64,000 nucleotides of DNA, from assembly GCA_013265495.1 (NCBI GenBank), contig MU059175.1, forward strand, positions 4,126,588 to 4,190,587, read 5' to 3'. Positions 1-11,235 of this stretch are shown here, piece after piece. Made by a program: the position numbers and the translations under genes. Under the pieces are notes generated by a model. It worked only from the letters and a program-made list of their open reading frames with translations, searched no databases and was not told the DNA's origin. Positions within the stretch are counted from its first letter, which is position 1. Each line of letters begins with the position of its first letter. This stretch comes from Vicugna vicugna. Its lineage: Eukaryota.

Positions 1-370
1 AAGTAACCCCCGAGCGAATCGCTCTGGCTGCCCGTTAGCGCTCGAGCCTCGGGGTTTGCAAACGTGCAGCTGGAATCTGCCGCCTCTGGGCGCCTGAAGC
101 TCCCCGCGCCGCCAGGGGAACCTGGTCAGGCAGCCTGCTCGGAATCGGAAGTCGAGAGGGAAGGAGCCGTGCGGCCGCAGTCGGGCGTCTGCTCCCAGGC
201 CCCGACCCTCGGGGCGGCTGGGCTGGGCACGCGCCGGCGGCAGAAGCCGCGGCGCCGCGAACTCGCCGTCGGCCCCGCCTCCTGGCGCTCTTCCAAGCAA
301 GCCCCTCCTCCCCGCCCCGCTACAAACGGCGGGACCGCGGAGCCCGAGCGTCACTGAGGCAGCTGCCGGC

Positions 371-379
371 CGGGTGAGG
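371..379 (+). other. ELAVL2: Candidate 5' splice donor of an alternative first exon (exon ends 373)
   Basis: CGG|GTGAGG downstream of GC boxes at 272-320. Confidence 0.35.
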
Positions 380-401
380 AGGCCGGTCGCCGGCGCGACG
401 C

Positions 402-425
402 GGGTGGGGCGGGGGTTCCGCCGGG
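402..425 (+). promoter_or_regulatory. Canonical G-quadruplex motif / Sp1-KLF GC box
   Basis: GGG T GGGG C GGGGG TTCCGCC GGG: four G-tracts with loops of 1, 1 and 7 nt. Confidence 0.55.
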
Positions 426-560
426 TGCCAGTCCGCCTTCCCGCCACCGCCAGCACTGGGGACACCACTGCCTCTCCGCGGAGCCTGCCCGGAGCGACTC
501 TCCGCGGCTGTGCTGACGGCCGGCGGCGCGAGCCGTAGTAGCTGCAGCTCCGAGTCGTAG

Positions 561-569
561 CAGGCAAGT
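561..569 (+). other. ELAVL2: Candidate GC-type 5' splice donor of an alternative first exon (exon ends 563)
   Basis: CAG|GCAAGT, consensus at every position except +2, followed by intronic G-runs at 572-601. Confidence 0.55.
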
Positions 570-571
570 GC

Positions 572-601
572 GGGGAGCGTGGGGCGTGGGGCGGGGGCGG
601 G
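572..601 (+). promoter_or_regulatory. G-quadruplex motif / G-run cluster
   Basis: Five G-tracts at 572-575, 581-584, 588-591, 593-597 and 599-601. Confidence 0.55.
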
Positions 602-958
602 CACGCCTCGCCCGGCCGCGAGTCTGTTCTGGACGCTAAGGCTCAGGGTTGTGCGCGCCGCCGCGGCGCTGTGCTGCGGAGCCCGGCGTTGGCTCAGCGG
701 GAGCTCTCCTCCGGGCTCAGGGCGGGAACGCCAGTGGGGGCGGCGGAGGTTGTGCACGGGAAGTTCCTAGAGCTCGGCCCCTGGCGGCGGGAGTCGAGGG
801 AATTGGGTGCCTCGGGAGGTGGCACCGCCCCTCCTGTGGGCACAAGCTGGTTGGGGGCGGCGGGAGCCGAGCCGGGCCAGTGGCGCCAGGCAGCGTGCAC
901 AGGCGTGGACGTGCCCGGGGACGGCCGCGTGTAGCGCGAGAAGAACTGCGCCGAGACG

Positions 959-967
959 CAGGTGAGT
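959..967 (+). other. ELAVL2: 5' splice donor of a non-coding first exon (exon ends 961)
   Basis: Perfect consensus CAG|GTGAGT inside the CpG island. An in-frame TAG at 932-934 means it would contribute only 5'UTR. Confidence 0.7.
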
Positions 968-1318
968 GTACTGGAGCGAAAGTGGGGGAAGGGGCTTTTC
1001 TAGGAAAAGGGCAGGATTCCCTGTGTTGGATTGGCACCCCCGCCTTGTGGGAGACTGTGTGTTCACTGGTTTCTCCAGCCAGGTGGTGTTTGGTGGCTTG
1101 TCCACTTGGTACGGCGCCTCGCGCGTGGTCCTTGGCGCTCCCAGGGCGTCTAGAGACTTGTAGCGGCCACGCGGTGTGCGGAGGTGGTTTTGGGATCCTG
1201 GCGCCCGGAGGCAGAGTAGAGAGGATCCCCGGACCACCCTCCCCCTTGCGCCACGTTAGGTTTGGTTGGGCGTAGTCGCTCGAGGTCGCATCCCGGGTTT
1301 GTGCGCGAGCAGTGCGCT

Positions 1319-1344
1319 GGGCGGGAACCGCGGGGCGGGGCGGG
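1319..1344 (+). promoter_or_regulatory. G-quadruplex motif / tandem Sp1 GC boxes
   Basis: GGG C GGG AACCGC GGGG C GGGG C GGG. Confidence 0.55.
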
Positions 1345-1461
1345 CGGCCGGGCGAGGCAGGCTCTGGGCTCCGCTCGCTCGCGGTGGTTGCGGCAGCTGC
1401 CTCCGGCTCGGCCAGGAGGGCCAGCCAGCTGCGCCCCTGTGCACGGACGCGTGTGCGTGCA

Positions 1462-1470
1462 CTGGTGAGG
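1462..1470 (+). other. ELAVL2: Candidate 5' splice donor of an alternative first exon (exon ends 1464)
   Basis: CTG|GTGAGG about 120 nt downstream of a tandem GC-box cluster (1319-1344). Confidence 0.45.
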
Positions 1471-3766
1471 TTGGTGGACTCTCGTGCAGACCTGCATCGG
1501 TTCATCAGCAGGTGCTCCTCCAGTGGTCGTGACGGTGACCAACAAACAGTCTTTACACGGCGTTTCCTTAAAAGCCTACTTGTTATCCTAGAGGGCCGGG
1601 GCGCAAAACCTTGCCTCTAGATGTGAACCACAAGCACGGAGTCGTAGCTATCCAGATGGTCATTTAAACTAGTGTGCATTTTAAAAGATAATTTTTACGA
1701 TTAAATTTTCATCTCTTCTCTTTACATGTTCTGAAAATATGAGAAAAGGAAGATTTGTTACCGGCTGTCTACTCTCCTTTATTCCCTCCCCGAAGAGGGG
1801 TGCTTAACAATGCAAAATGAAATGCCTTCGACAAGGACAAAGAGCTTTTTAAAACTTAAATTTTTGGTAGACCTACCAATAATAATAAAGTCTTCATAAA
1901 AATGTACTTCAGCCCCCAAACTTACGACAAATAGTCCATTAAACAACACTAATACCAGTGGGGGTGTAATTTCCCCATTTTCTTAAGTAAAGTCGGTTTA
2001 TTTGAAATACTGTTTAGTTGTTTTTGAAGACAACATTGTCAAGAATCGTTTTTCCCAGAGTCGTTTGAATTTTTCATTTGTGCAGAGGTCGCTCTTTTTT
2101 GCTGAAGCTGACCTGGAGTCTCCATTTTGGTGAGCAAATGGAAATGCTTTCTTGGATCTCCTATTTCATCTGGACCTCTGGGTCTAGAAATGGTGGCTAT
2201 TTTGCTGGATGGACTGCGGAATTACCGCATTTGTTTTTGAGCCATTCTTTATAATAGGTGTGTAGGAATGTTGATTTAACACCGCTCAGGTAGGGGGTAC
2301 ATGTTTAAGAGAAAGTTCTCTTGGAAATAGGGGAGGAGTGGAGAAGAGAGGGCAAGAAGAAAACATTTCTGGAAGGTAATGGCTAGGGTGGGGTAGAAAA
2401 AAATACATTATGAAGAAGCACATTACATCCAGTTTTCTGTGCTTTCTCTGCCTTTTCCTTTTTGAGAGAATATTTTTGTGTGATCAAAACTGACACCACG
2501 TTGCCTTTTTGGGTAACTTTGTGCTGCCACCTTTCGGGAATAAGGTTTTTTCCTTTTCAAAGACAGAGCCTTGGGCTTTAAAGGCCCCCTTTCTCCCTGT
2601 TTTTAGATGCTTCCTTCACTGTATCTTGTTTGCATTTTGGAATCATGTCAGGTCAGCTGTTTTAAGCTGCACACACTCCTTCCTCATGGTTCAAGAGAAT
2701 TTTAGTTTTAGGATATCTCCTAGAGTAGAACAGGTACCCCAAACTGGTCCTTGTCTGCCAGGTCCAACTGTTGTTTCCTGTAGAACCTTATTTTCCTTTT
2801 CTAGACTCAGGTTGTATTTATTAGTTGTTAGAATTCCTTTTTTGGTTTTGGTTGGTTGGTTGGTTCTGGTAAATGCTTCTTCCCTAGAGAAGCAAGGTCC
2901 TTCTCTGTCTGGTTTGGCGTTTTTAGTTAAGATGCAGCTCCCAGCGGGTTATAGAAGAACAGTGCTCTAAGGGGCATTTATACTACCTCAGTTCTTAATC
3001 CAGCCTTTTTATTCTTTTTATTATACAGACAGATGTTCATGGCTGAATCCTTGTTACCACTTTCAGCCATTCTAGCTTTCTGTTAATGTGATTATACTTT
3101 TTAAAAATAGTTCTTTTCCCTCCTCAAATCTCTTTCTCTTCTTCTCTTCTAGAAAGAAGTTCCAAATTCTCTTGAAGGACACAACACAGCCATCCAGAAT
3201 ACCCCCAGCTTCTAAGCTGGGATCAAGCATTTCCTCTTTCTTTGGTTGGAAAAATTTTTTTTTCAAATTTTAACATAGGACGCTTTTCAGGCATTAGCTG
3301 GCACAAGAGCACCACAGTGGCAAATCACTCTTCATGTTCTTTTACCCCAGAGGGCTGGATACTCCGAAATAGCATCTCATCAAGACTGACTTTACCATTG
3401 CCTTTTTGATCTCTTGGTCTGCATGGTAGAGTCAATTCTTTTGCGCTCATTTGAAATCTTATTAAGTCTATTGCAGAATCATATTCTTATTGCCACCTTT
3501 GTCACTAACGATGTTTATTTGGCACAAGGGAGGCTGGAGATCCATGTTGCTTAGCCTGGTCTGGTTAATTTTTTAATGGCATTGAGGGTCTGGTGGTATG
3601 GGGCCTGGATGGTGTGCCACCCTGTGGAAAACCTGTCCGTAGCAGTCCATCCCAGCTCTTTCTGATTCTTTGGAAAAGCCACTGTACAGGCCCGTGATCG
3701 TGGTAAGCTACTACACTAAAGATTTTTTTTGTTGTTGTTTTTAAAGCATGGATATTTGGTTGGAGG

Positions 3767-3895
3767 CAAAGCTGCTTAATGGGCATGTGACCTGTGCAGT
3801 CCTAACTTGTCCCCCTTGAAAATCTTGGTTTTTTGAACAAGGGGACCAGTACTTTCATTTTGTACTGGGACCCTCTGATCACGTAGCTTATTCTG
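3767..3895. mobile_element. MER91-like hAT-Tip100 MITE
   Basis: GTGACCTGTGCAGTC...CTTGAAAATCTT...GAACAAGGGGACC...TTTCATTTTGTACTGGGACCC resembles the MER91A consensus as remembered. Confidence 0.55.
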
Positions 3896-6800
3896 GTTAG
3901 AGGCCTTCTTGATTGTTAGTGTTTAGCTGCCAGCATTGCTGCTTTATGCTTGTACTGTATTCTAGAACTGTTGGAAAACTAAGGCTTTATGCACTGGTGA
4001 TGCCACACCCAACTCTTGAATTAACTCTGTGGAGGACATTGGGTGCCTAGAATGTTTACTTGCTTTGGCCAGTTTCATTTTACAGGTGTGGCAGTCTTCA
4101 CTGGTTCTGGTTAATCACAGAACCACATGTGTACTCTAATGCTAAATCCATTGTTCTGTTTCTAATTTGGAAAGAACACTTAACGTCTGTTTGTTTGATT
4201 CTAGATACTAGTTGGTTTGTGATGCTTGTTGGTTTTTCTTTGATTTCAAGTGCTAAGTAGACACAGAAGGCTGTTAAACTTGAAAGGCAATAATTTGTTT
4301 TAAAGCTTTTGTGTATTAAAAGGTATGCTTTATGGTTTAAGTAGGATTGGTAACTTGAAACTTGAACTAAAAATTATAGTAAAATCCCATAGCGGTTTTA
4401 TGGTGTAGTTAGAAAAAATTTCACTAACAGGAAACAGACTTGGCTTTTATTATGCAAGTTATATATATCATGACAGTAATTTTAGTAAGGTCACGGGAGA
4501 ATTTTTTTTAAGGACAGACAACTTTCTGTATCTATAGCCTTGAAATCTGTCGTATAGTAAAAAACAAAAGGCAAGTCTTCTGTAAGCAGTGCTGTGCTAG
4601 GTGCATTTTCAAAGCCATCCTCACCTTTAATACTAACGCTACGTTTACAGAGATTGGTCTACATAAAAATAATCTATTTTTGGTAAAGATGTTATTTTTT
4701 CAGAGCTGTGGATTAGGCTTTGAGTGCATCAATTTCATTGATATTCTTAGCTGTATGTTTGCCTTTCAAATGTTGCTTAGTAGTTTTGTGTGATGACGGG
4801 TTTTCCTTGTAAGTAGTCTGCATAGGTGCTTTGGCAAGGAGTGGAATCGGTAAAATTACCAAGAAGGTCATAGAAATAGATGGGCTTGGGATTAAAGCCA
4901 AACCAATTTGGAAGTTGCCTTATTAATTGCAAGTAACTGTTGTATTTTTTTTTCTTTTCATCTGCACTTGACTAGTATTTGTCCATATAACTGATTTCTC
5001 TTTTGTCAATTTCTGACTGAAAACGAATAGCAAATAAGGTTTAACAGGCAAGACCCTCTTTCCTGCTTTTAGAAATTGTAGATTTGAAAAAACGTGGTTT
5101 TTCTCAATAGCTTTATTTATCACGAGACACTTTTAGTAAAATGTTAGTTGTTTTACAACATGAAGGTTTTGCTTTTGCGTTGTAATTATTGAACTCTTCA
5201 GTTGAGGTATTTGTGTATTTTTCCCTTGTCTAATCTAATAGTGATAGATTTATACCAGCCTTTTCTCCTTGACTTAAAAAAGGAATCTGTCTCAGGCAAT
5301 TTATATTTTTCATGAGCAGCTTTTCTTTTTCTCCAGAATTTTTGTTACTGTGGGCCATTCATTTCTGGAGATTATTTCAGCAGCTTTAAAGACTATTATG
5401 GAATATCACAAAAATCCCTATTTTCATAAACATCAAACTGTTCTTTCAGGATGGATTTTCTTTTTATTTCAGTTTGCTTTTAGTTAGCAGTGATCGGACT
5501 CACTTGAAGCTCAGTACACTTTGATTCGTTTTATCTCCTTATGAGAATATGGGCAATAGTTGTTTCAGAATTCTTAGCTTTCCTGTATTTCGTTACTATA
5601 GAGTCACTGTAAAATTGAGATTTCTTGTTAAGATAGAGGAGTTCTGAGTCTCTTTGAGCATCTGAAAAAAGCTGTGGGCCATCTCTCCCTGGAGAAATTC
5701 ACATACACAGAAATTTCCGTACAGTTTTTTACCATCTTGCCCTCTGGAGTAAAGACTGTTAAAATAAGGTTGTATTTGGGAGCAAGGACTTTGAAAATTG
5801 GGGTTGTTTTATACTGGTGAGACCGAGAAGAAATCAGTCAAATCAGCTCTTGTGTGCTGGGAGTGTTAGCAATGTGGGCTTTCAGCTTTCATCCACGGTG
5901 GACTCTAAGCTTCCTGTTTCCTCACAGGTTTGTTTTAAAATCCATTCTGATTTTTGTAAACAAATATTATACGTGTAAGGTTGTCTTGTGAGCACACTGC
6001 TGCCAGTTTAGCTCCTGAGTGGTCTTGCCTCAGTAGGTTTTGTCACTTTGTTTGAAATTCTTAATTTAGAGCCAGGTGGAAAATACTAAGCTGAAAGTCT
6101 GAAATTTCTGTCCTCTGGTTTTGGCTCAGTTACTTTTGTCCTTGGTTTCTTAACCTTCCTTTAAGTATGAAACCTCGCCCTCCACGTCTCAGAGACAGGG
6201 TGACGACGAGTATATTTAAAAAAGAGATTTCTGGGAGTGGGATGACCATGTTTCCTGAATAGAAAGATGGTCCTCATAGATCAGTTTTATGTATTTGGCC
6301 TTCAATGTGTTATTTTTGAACCATTGTTTTTATAATATACCGTCTTTATAATATACCATTTTATAATGTATGTTTCTGCCACGGAGAAAGAGAAAATTAC
6401 CAGACTGCAGGGAGGTTTGGAGAGAATTGTGACTTTGAACATTTCAATATGGGAATACATATAAATATATCAATGGAATTTGGACGGGAATTTTAAAATA
6501 CATTTTTTTCATTGAAAATATAAATAATGCTAAGAGATTACATGTGAACTTACGAGAATTTAGCCAGCTAACATTCCAGGAATATAAATGTCTTAATTTA
6601 AATTTTTCATCTTTTTTCAATGAGAAATCAAATTTTAAAATTTAAGCATTTACATTAAAATAATCAGTCCATATTTTTCTGATTTGAATTTTGTTTGATC
6701 TCTTACCGAGGATCTTTTCCTATACCTCAAAAAATAAAGTTGACACAGAAATAACACCTTTTCCCCTGCTTGTTTTGAATACTCTCTCACTACCCCAAGT

Positions 6801-7704
6801 GAAAAGTCATTGATGGATGCCCTGTCAAGTAAGTTATTGAAAATTGCTCACTTGTTCAGTTTTTAAAAAACATTTAGCACTTTTTTTTTATTCTTTAGGC
6901 ATCATTTGTGCATTTCAGAAGTGCAGGACGTATTTTTCAAAACAAATAAATCACAGTGTATTTGAAAATAAATTCACCGAATTGGATAAGGTGGGGAAAA
7001 TATTCCTGGAACTGTTGGTACTTGATCTTAAATTTCCTCTGAGCTACTTTTCAGAAATGAGGTTTTTCTGTTTTCACTGATGCTGCTACTGTACTGGAGG
7101 TACCTCTGGTGATGTGAGGATCACCCACCTTTACTGCAGAGCCATCTACAATATTTTAAATATACAAAGTTTATTATAGAGTGAGCAAGTTTTTATAACC
7201 TCTTCGCAGTAAGGCCTATTTCTGTACGAGTTTACTCAACACCACTTTCTCCCCCCTGGGTGCTACTTACTGGTCACAGCTTTATTTTGTTTAAACCCTT
7301 GGGGTCCTTTCTAGCCTATGGCTGTGAATGACTCATGGACTTTTCCCAAATATGGGGTCATCAGTGCTTTTGGCTTTCATCCCTTCGTAGCCATTGTCTC
7401 TGCAAAGAACTTGAACCGCCCACAGCCTTCCTCTCTTCTCTGACACCTCTGTGCTAGCCCTCAGTCCCTTCCTCACCTGTCTGTGCATCTGAGCCCTGTG
7501 CTAGTTCTGCTTCTAGCCTGGCAATTCTGGGTCAGGCGTAACCTACTCACTTGTCCCTTTATTTTCTTAATTGGCTTGCACTTTTGTGTTGGCTTTTAAG
7601 CATTTTGTTAGATTTTACTCACTGAAGACAATCTTCTGTGACCAAGACTATTGCCGCTTTTAGAGGATGAAAGAGAAATGGGTGTCAGTGGAAAAATGGA
7701 TTCT

Positions 7705-7978
7705 GCCATGGGTCCCAAATGGTGGCCCCTGGACTGCATATGGTCTGTAGCTCTTTTATTTGGCCCAAACTGTGTTTAAAAAAAGTGAGTTGTTAATTAG
7801 GTGTTGGGAGGTATCATATAAAAATCTAGAGCCATATTTTGTCTCTCTTGAAAATGTCTGAAGGTGGAACACCACCAAACCTGTATTTGTCAACTGCACC
7901 CTTAATGTGGAGCATGGTTTATTTCACTTCATAATAAATTACTACCTGGCCTTTGTGGATATTTGGGTTTGCATTTCT
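7705..7978. mobile_element. hAT-Charlie MITE relic (Charlie4z/MER113-like)
   Basis: Starts CCCAAATGGTGGCCCCTGG...TTTGGCCCAAACTGTG, has internal CATATAAAAATCTAG...CTCTTGAAAA, and ends CCTGGCCTTTGTGGATATTTGGGTTTGC. Confidence 0.45.
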
Positions 7979-8669
7979 AATGGTATAATTTCTAAAGCCA
8001 TGGGAATTTAAGAAAATTATTCAAATATCTAGGTGAAGGCACTAGTTCTAAAGATTTCTATGCTTTTGATTTTCTTTGTGTTTGCAAATAATGTTTGAAT
8101 TACATTAGATTACTCCTTATAAATTTACATCTTGAAGTCTCCTTTATTTTAGGTAGAGCAGTTTTGTCTTGGACCTGTTCTTCCTTAATGCCTGGTTGCA
8201 AGACAATTTCTCCTTCCTTTATAAGATACGCTTCCATCAGTTCATCTTCCCCTGGAATTTTAGACCAGCTCACACTGGGAGCAGGGATTTCTTTCTGCCT
8301 GTTGCCTGCTTATATTTGTTCAGATGCTTTGAGGTCAGCAAAAGTTGCTTGGTGCTTTGAAAACTAATAGGATGTTATGAGCTGTTATGAGTTTAAAAGA
8401 GGCTCGTGGCCCACCTGCTAACCTCATTGCTGATGGTGTCCACTTAGAAAAGGCATTCTCCCCTAAGAATGCTGTTTAAAAAAAAAAAGAGCTGATATGA
8501 GAGGTTGGCAGGTGTGAGGTTTATAAGTGTGTGGTTTTTCTCTCCTCTCCCCCCACCCCCAACCCTTTTTTTCCCCCAGTCTTCAGCCTTTTCTCCCCCT
8601 TTCTGGAAACAGCAGGGCAGCTCAGCAGAGCTTTCTCCCAGATGTGCACTAGAGCAAGCTGATGTGCCA

Positions 8670-8873
8670 NNNNNNNNNNNNNNNNNNNNNNNNNNNNNNN
8701 NNNNNNNNNNNNNNNNNNNNNNNNNNNNNNNNNNNNNNNNNNNNNNNNNNNNNNNNNNNNNNNNNNNNNNNNNNNNNNNNNNNNNNNNNNNNNNNNNNNN
8801 NNNNNNNNNNNNNNNNNNNNNNNNNNNNNNNNNNNNNNNNNNNNNNNNNNNNNNNNNNNNNNNNNNNNNNNNN
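8670..8873. other. Assembly gap
   Basis: N run. Confidence 1.
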
Positions 8874-10149
8874 TCTTTTGGTGACTTTAAGCACTTACGT
8901 TTTTAGTTAACTTTTTGTTCAGCCTGGCAAACAGTTATGGAGATCTATTTTATCAACCCATCATTAATGAAGCTTCTGAGGATGGAACAATGCCTATAAA
9001 ACCCTGTTCTCCTGGCAGCCACTTGAGCTGGGCCAGTCATAATGAGGAATTAGAATATGTCCATATACTGAACATCTTTGCAAAACCCTTCAGAATAATA
9101 GGAGCTTAATGCTGGCAGTTTTAAAAATTGTGCAGTCTCTAGCCTAGCCAGATTTTTTTTAGATATCTGAGGTGTGAGTAAAAGTGTTTGCTTATTGTGA
9201 AAAAAACCTAAGTTTGAATTAACTGTGTGTATGGTTTAAAATATACTGTAAGTTATATTCTGAACTTGTTTTCAGGAGGCACTTAAAAAGAGTTCTTGAT
9301 ACCAAGCATCTTCCGTGATTATATGATTCTTTTAGAGTCTTACCTTATTTTGCTTTTAGATTCTTTTAGAATCTTGCTTATTTTGATGTGCCCTGGAGCA
9401 TTTGGTTGAGGGGCTTCCAGGGAGTCTCCATTGTGGGGTGGGCTTTTTTTTTTAATTGTGTTTTATCTGTCAGAAGCTTAAGAATCATTGTCATGGAGCT
9501 TTTACTGTGCTGTTAGAAAGGCTTTGGTATACATGGGCTGGTGGTTACCTTGGAATCTAGACTTTTATCCAGATTCATCTAAAATCTTTTCTTCTAATTT
9601 TATTAAAGGATTTTAAGAGATGTCTTCCAGGTTTTCTGTATTGAGACCGTGCTCAGAAGCCAGGAAGCTTGTGTAATACTTACTGTTTTATCACACATTA
9701 TTGCTGAGTGGTGGGTACTGGGAGAGCTTTAGAGAAGTTTATAAAACATCTGTGTTCTTATATTCCTTGGTCTGTATGCTTAAGGAGCTGAGGTAGAAAA
9801 TGATAATTTAAAAGATACCACAAGCCTCCTCCTCCAAGCTTAATAGTAGTTTGAGAACTTGAGAAAAGGGACATAACTCTGTAGTCTGGCCAGGATGCTG
9901 CATAGTTTTGAGGACAGTAGTCTGTGGCTTTCCTTCGTCATTTTGTGTATGTATTTATTTTGCTTAGTTTTTGTGTCTTCCCTCTTCTACTCTCTCGCAC
10001 ATGTCCTTGTTGTCCCTTTTGGGTCTCTCTTTTGTCTTGTGAATAACTACTTCCTGGTTTGCCAGGAGCCCAGTCACAGGCGAAGAATATTTATGCAATG
10101 CAGAACCTGCCAAGTTTAAATTGCGGCTGGAGAGAGACACCACTGTGAC

Positions 10150-10760
10150 TGTCTTAATTCTGCTCTTGTCCAAGGAAGAACAGATCCCAGGCATGTGTGT
10201 GTGGAACCACTTGAAGCCCTCAGACTTTCCCTGTGGTTGTAATCTCTTGACAGCATGGTATGCCAGGAGCCTCCTCTGGGTGTAACATTTATTTTTCAAA
10301 ACATCCAGGAAAAAGTCATAAGGATGATAAGGTTTCTTTGGCTCCTTCTCTCTGAGTATAGTTCGAGTAGGAGGAAGCGAATGACAGATCGAAAGCTGGG
10401 ATGCTTCTGAGAGCACTGATCTGTCCCTTCTCCTTGAGACTTCTTCATGCCTAAAAGCACGTCCGCCAGGAGCATGAAGGCTGCTGATGGTAGCTTGCTC
10501 ATGTCAGTTCTTGGTGTTTTTAGGTTTGCCCGGAGCTTCTCTCTACTAATGGCATTTACATTATTTTTCTTCCTTCTGAAAGATAGTTGGACATCTTACA
10601 TACACGCTGCTTCATCTCGTTGTTTTGCTAGAGAGGATCATTCCTTCAGTTGGAAATGGTTGTTTGAGAATATGTATTCTTGTTCCCTGGACTTTTTAAA
10701 AAGTTTGGCTAATCTACCAGTATTGTTTGTGGACAGTAGGGGGCAAAGTCTGATTTCATG
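10150..10760 (-). mobile_element. Probable ancient RTE-clade LINE relic (L4/RTE-X-like), post-RT part of ORF
   Basis: Frameshifted minus-strand peptides NEMKQRVCKM, SREKLRANLK, a degenerate LRWAGHV-like segment, LLLELYSERRSQ and EPKKPY occur in the order expected for the RTE C-terminal region. Recognised by eye only. Confidence 0.4.
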
Positions 10761-11114
10761 GTGAACAACATAGTTTGTGATCCAGAGAAGAAAAGTGAAG
10801 AGATTGGTTTTTCCTCTTTTGTACAACTTCTAAAACTAAATTCTAAATTATTGTCTCATAAGAATTCGATTAGAGTAAAAAATTTTCTGTTGGACTGTCA
10901 AATTGGCAGTGTATCGGGAGGGGCAGCAAGGAGCTAGCTGCCTGTTTTCAGGGACTGGAAGTCTTGGCTATTAGGATGGAAAAACAGGTGGAATCAGTAA
11001 CAGAAGGTGATTCATCATCCAAAATGATGGAACCAGGAGACACTTCTTCTAGTGATAGGTGACACTCAGTGTTTCCATTCTTCCAGAACCTTACCTTATA
11101 GTTCCCTGGGATAA

Positions 11115-11235
11115 TGAATTTATAGATGAGGGAAATAAGCCTCAGAGGTCAGGTGGTTTGTCAAGGATTCAGCGTGTTGAGTGGGGATGTGGGATTTGGG
11201 TTTGTGGCTCCTAGTTCACTACCTGTTACCCTGGA
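11115..11235 (-). mobile_element. MIR fragment
   Basis: TTATAGATGAGGGAAATAAGCCTCAGAGGTCAGGTGGTTTGTCAAGG, reverse of the MIR core. Confidence 0.55.

Larger units (their letters stand above)
1..1620. promoter_or_regulatory. ELAVL2: CpG island / TATA-less promoter region of ELAVL2
   Basis: Very high GC and dense CpG with many GC boxes (e.g. 272-281, 305-320, 402-415, 581-601, 1332-1344), and an abrupt switch to AT-rich sequence after about 1620. It lies upstream of the coding exon on the same strand. Confidence 0.9.

Noticed and set aside
64-1620. Many overlapping 60-260 aa ORFs on both strands
   Set aside because: Arg/Ala/Gly/Pro-rich products expected from stop-poor CpG-island DNA. Most start at non-ATG codons and none has a recognisable domain.
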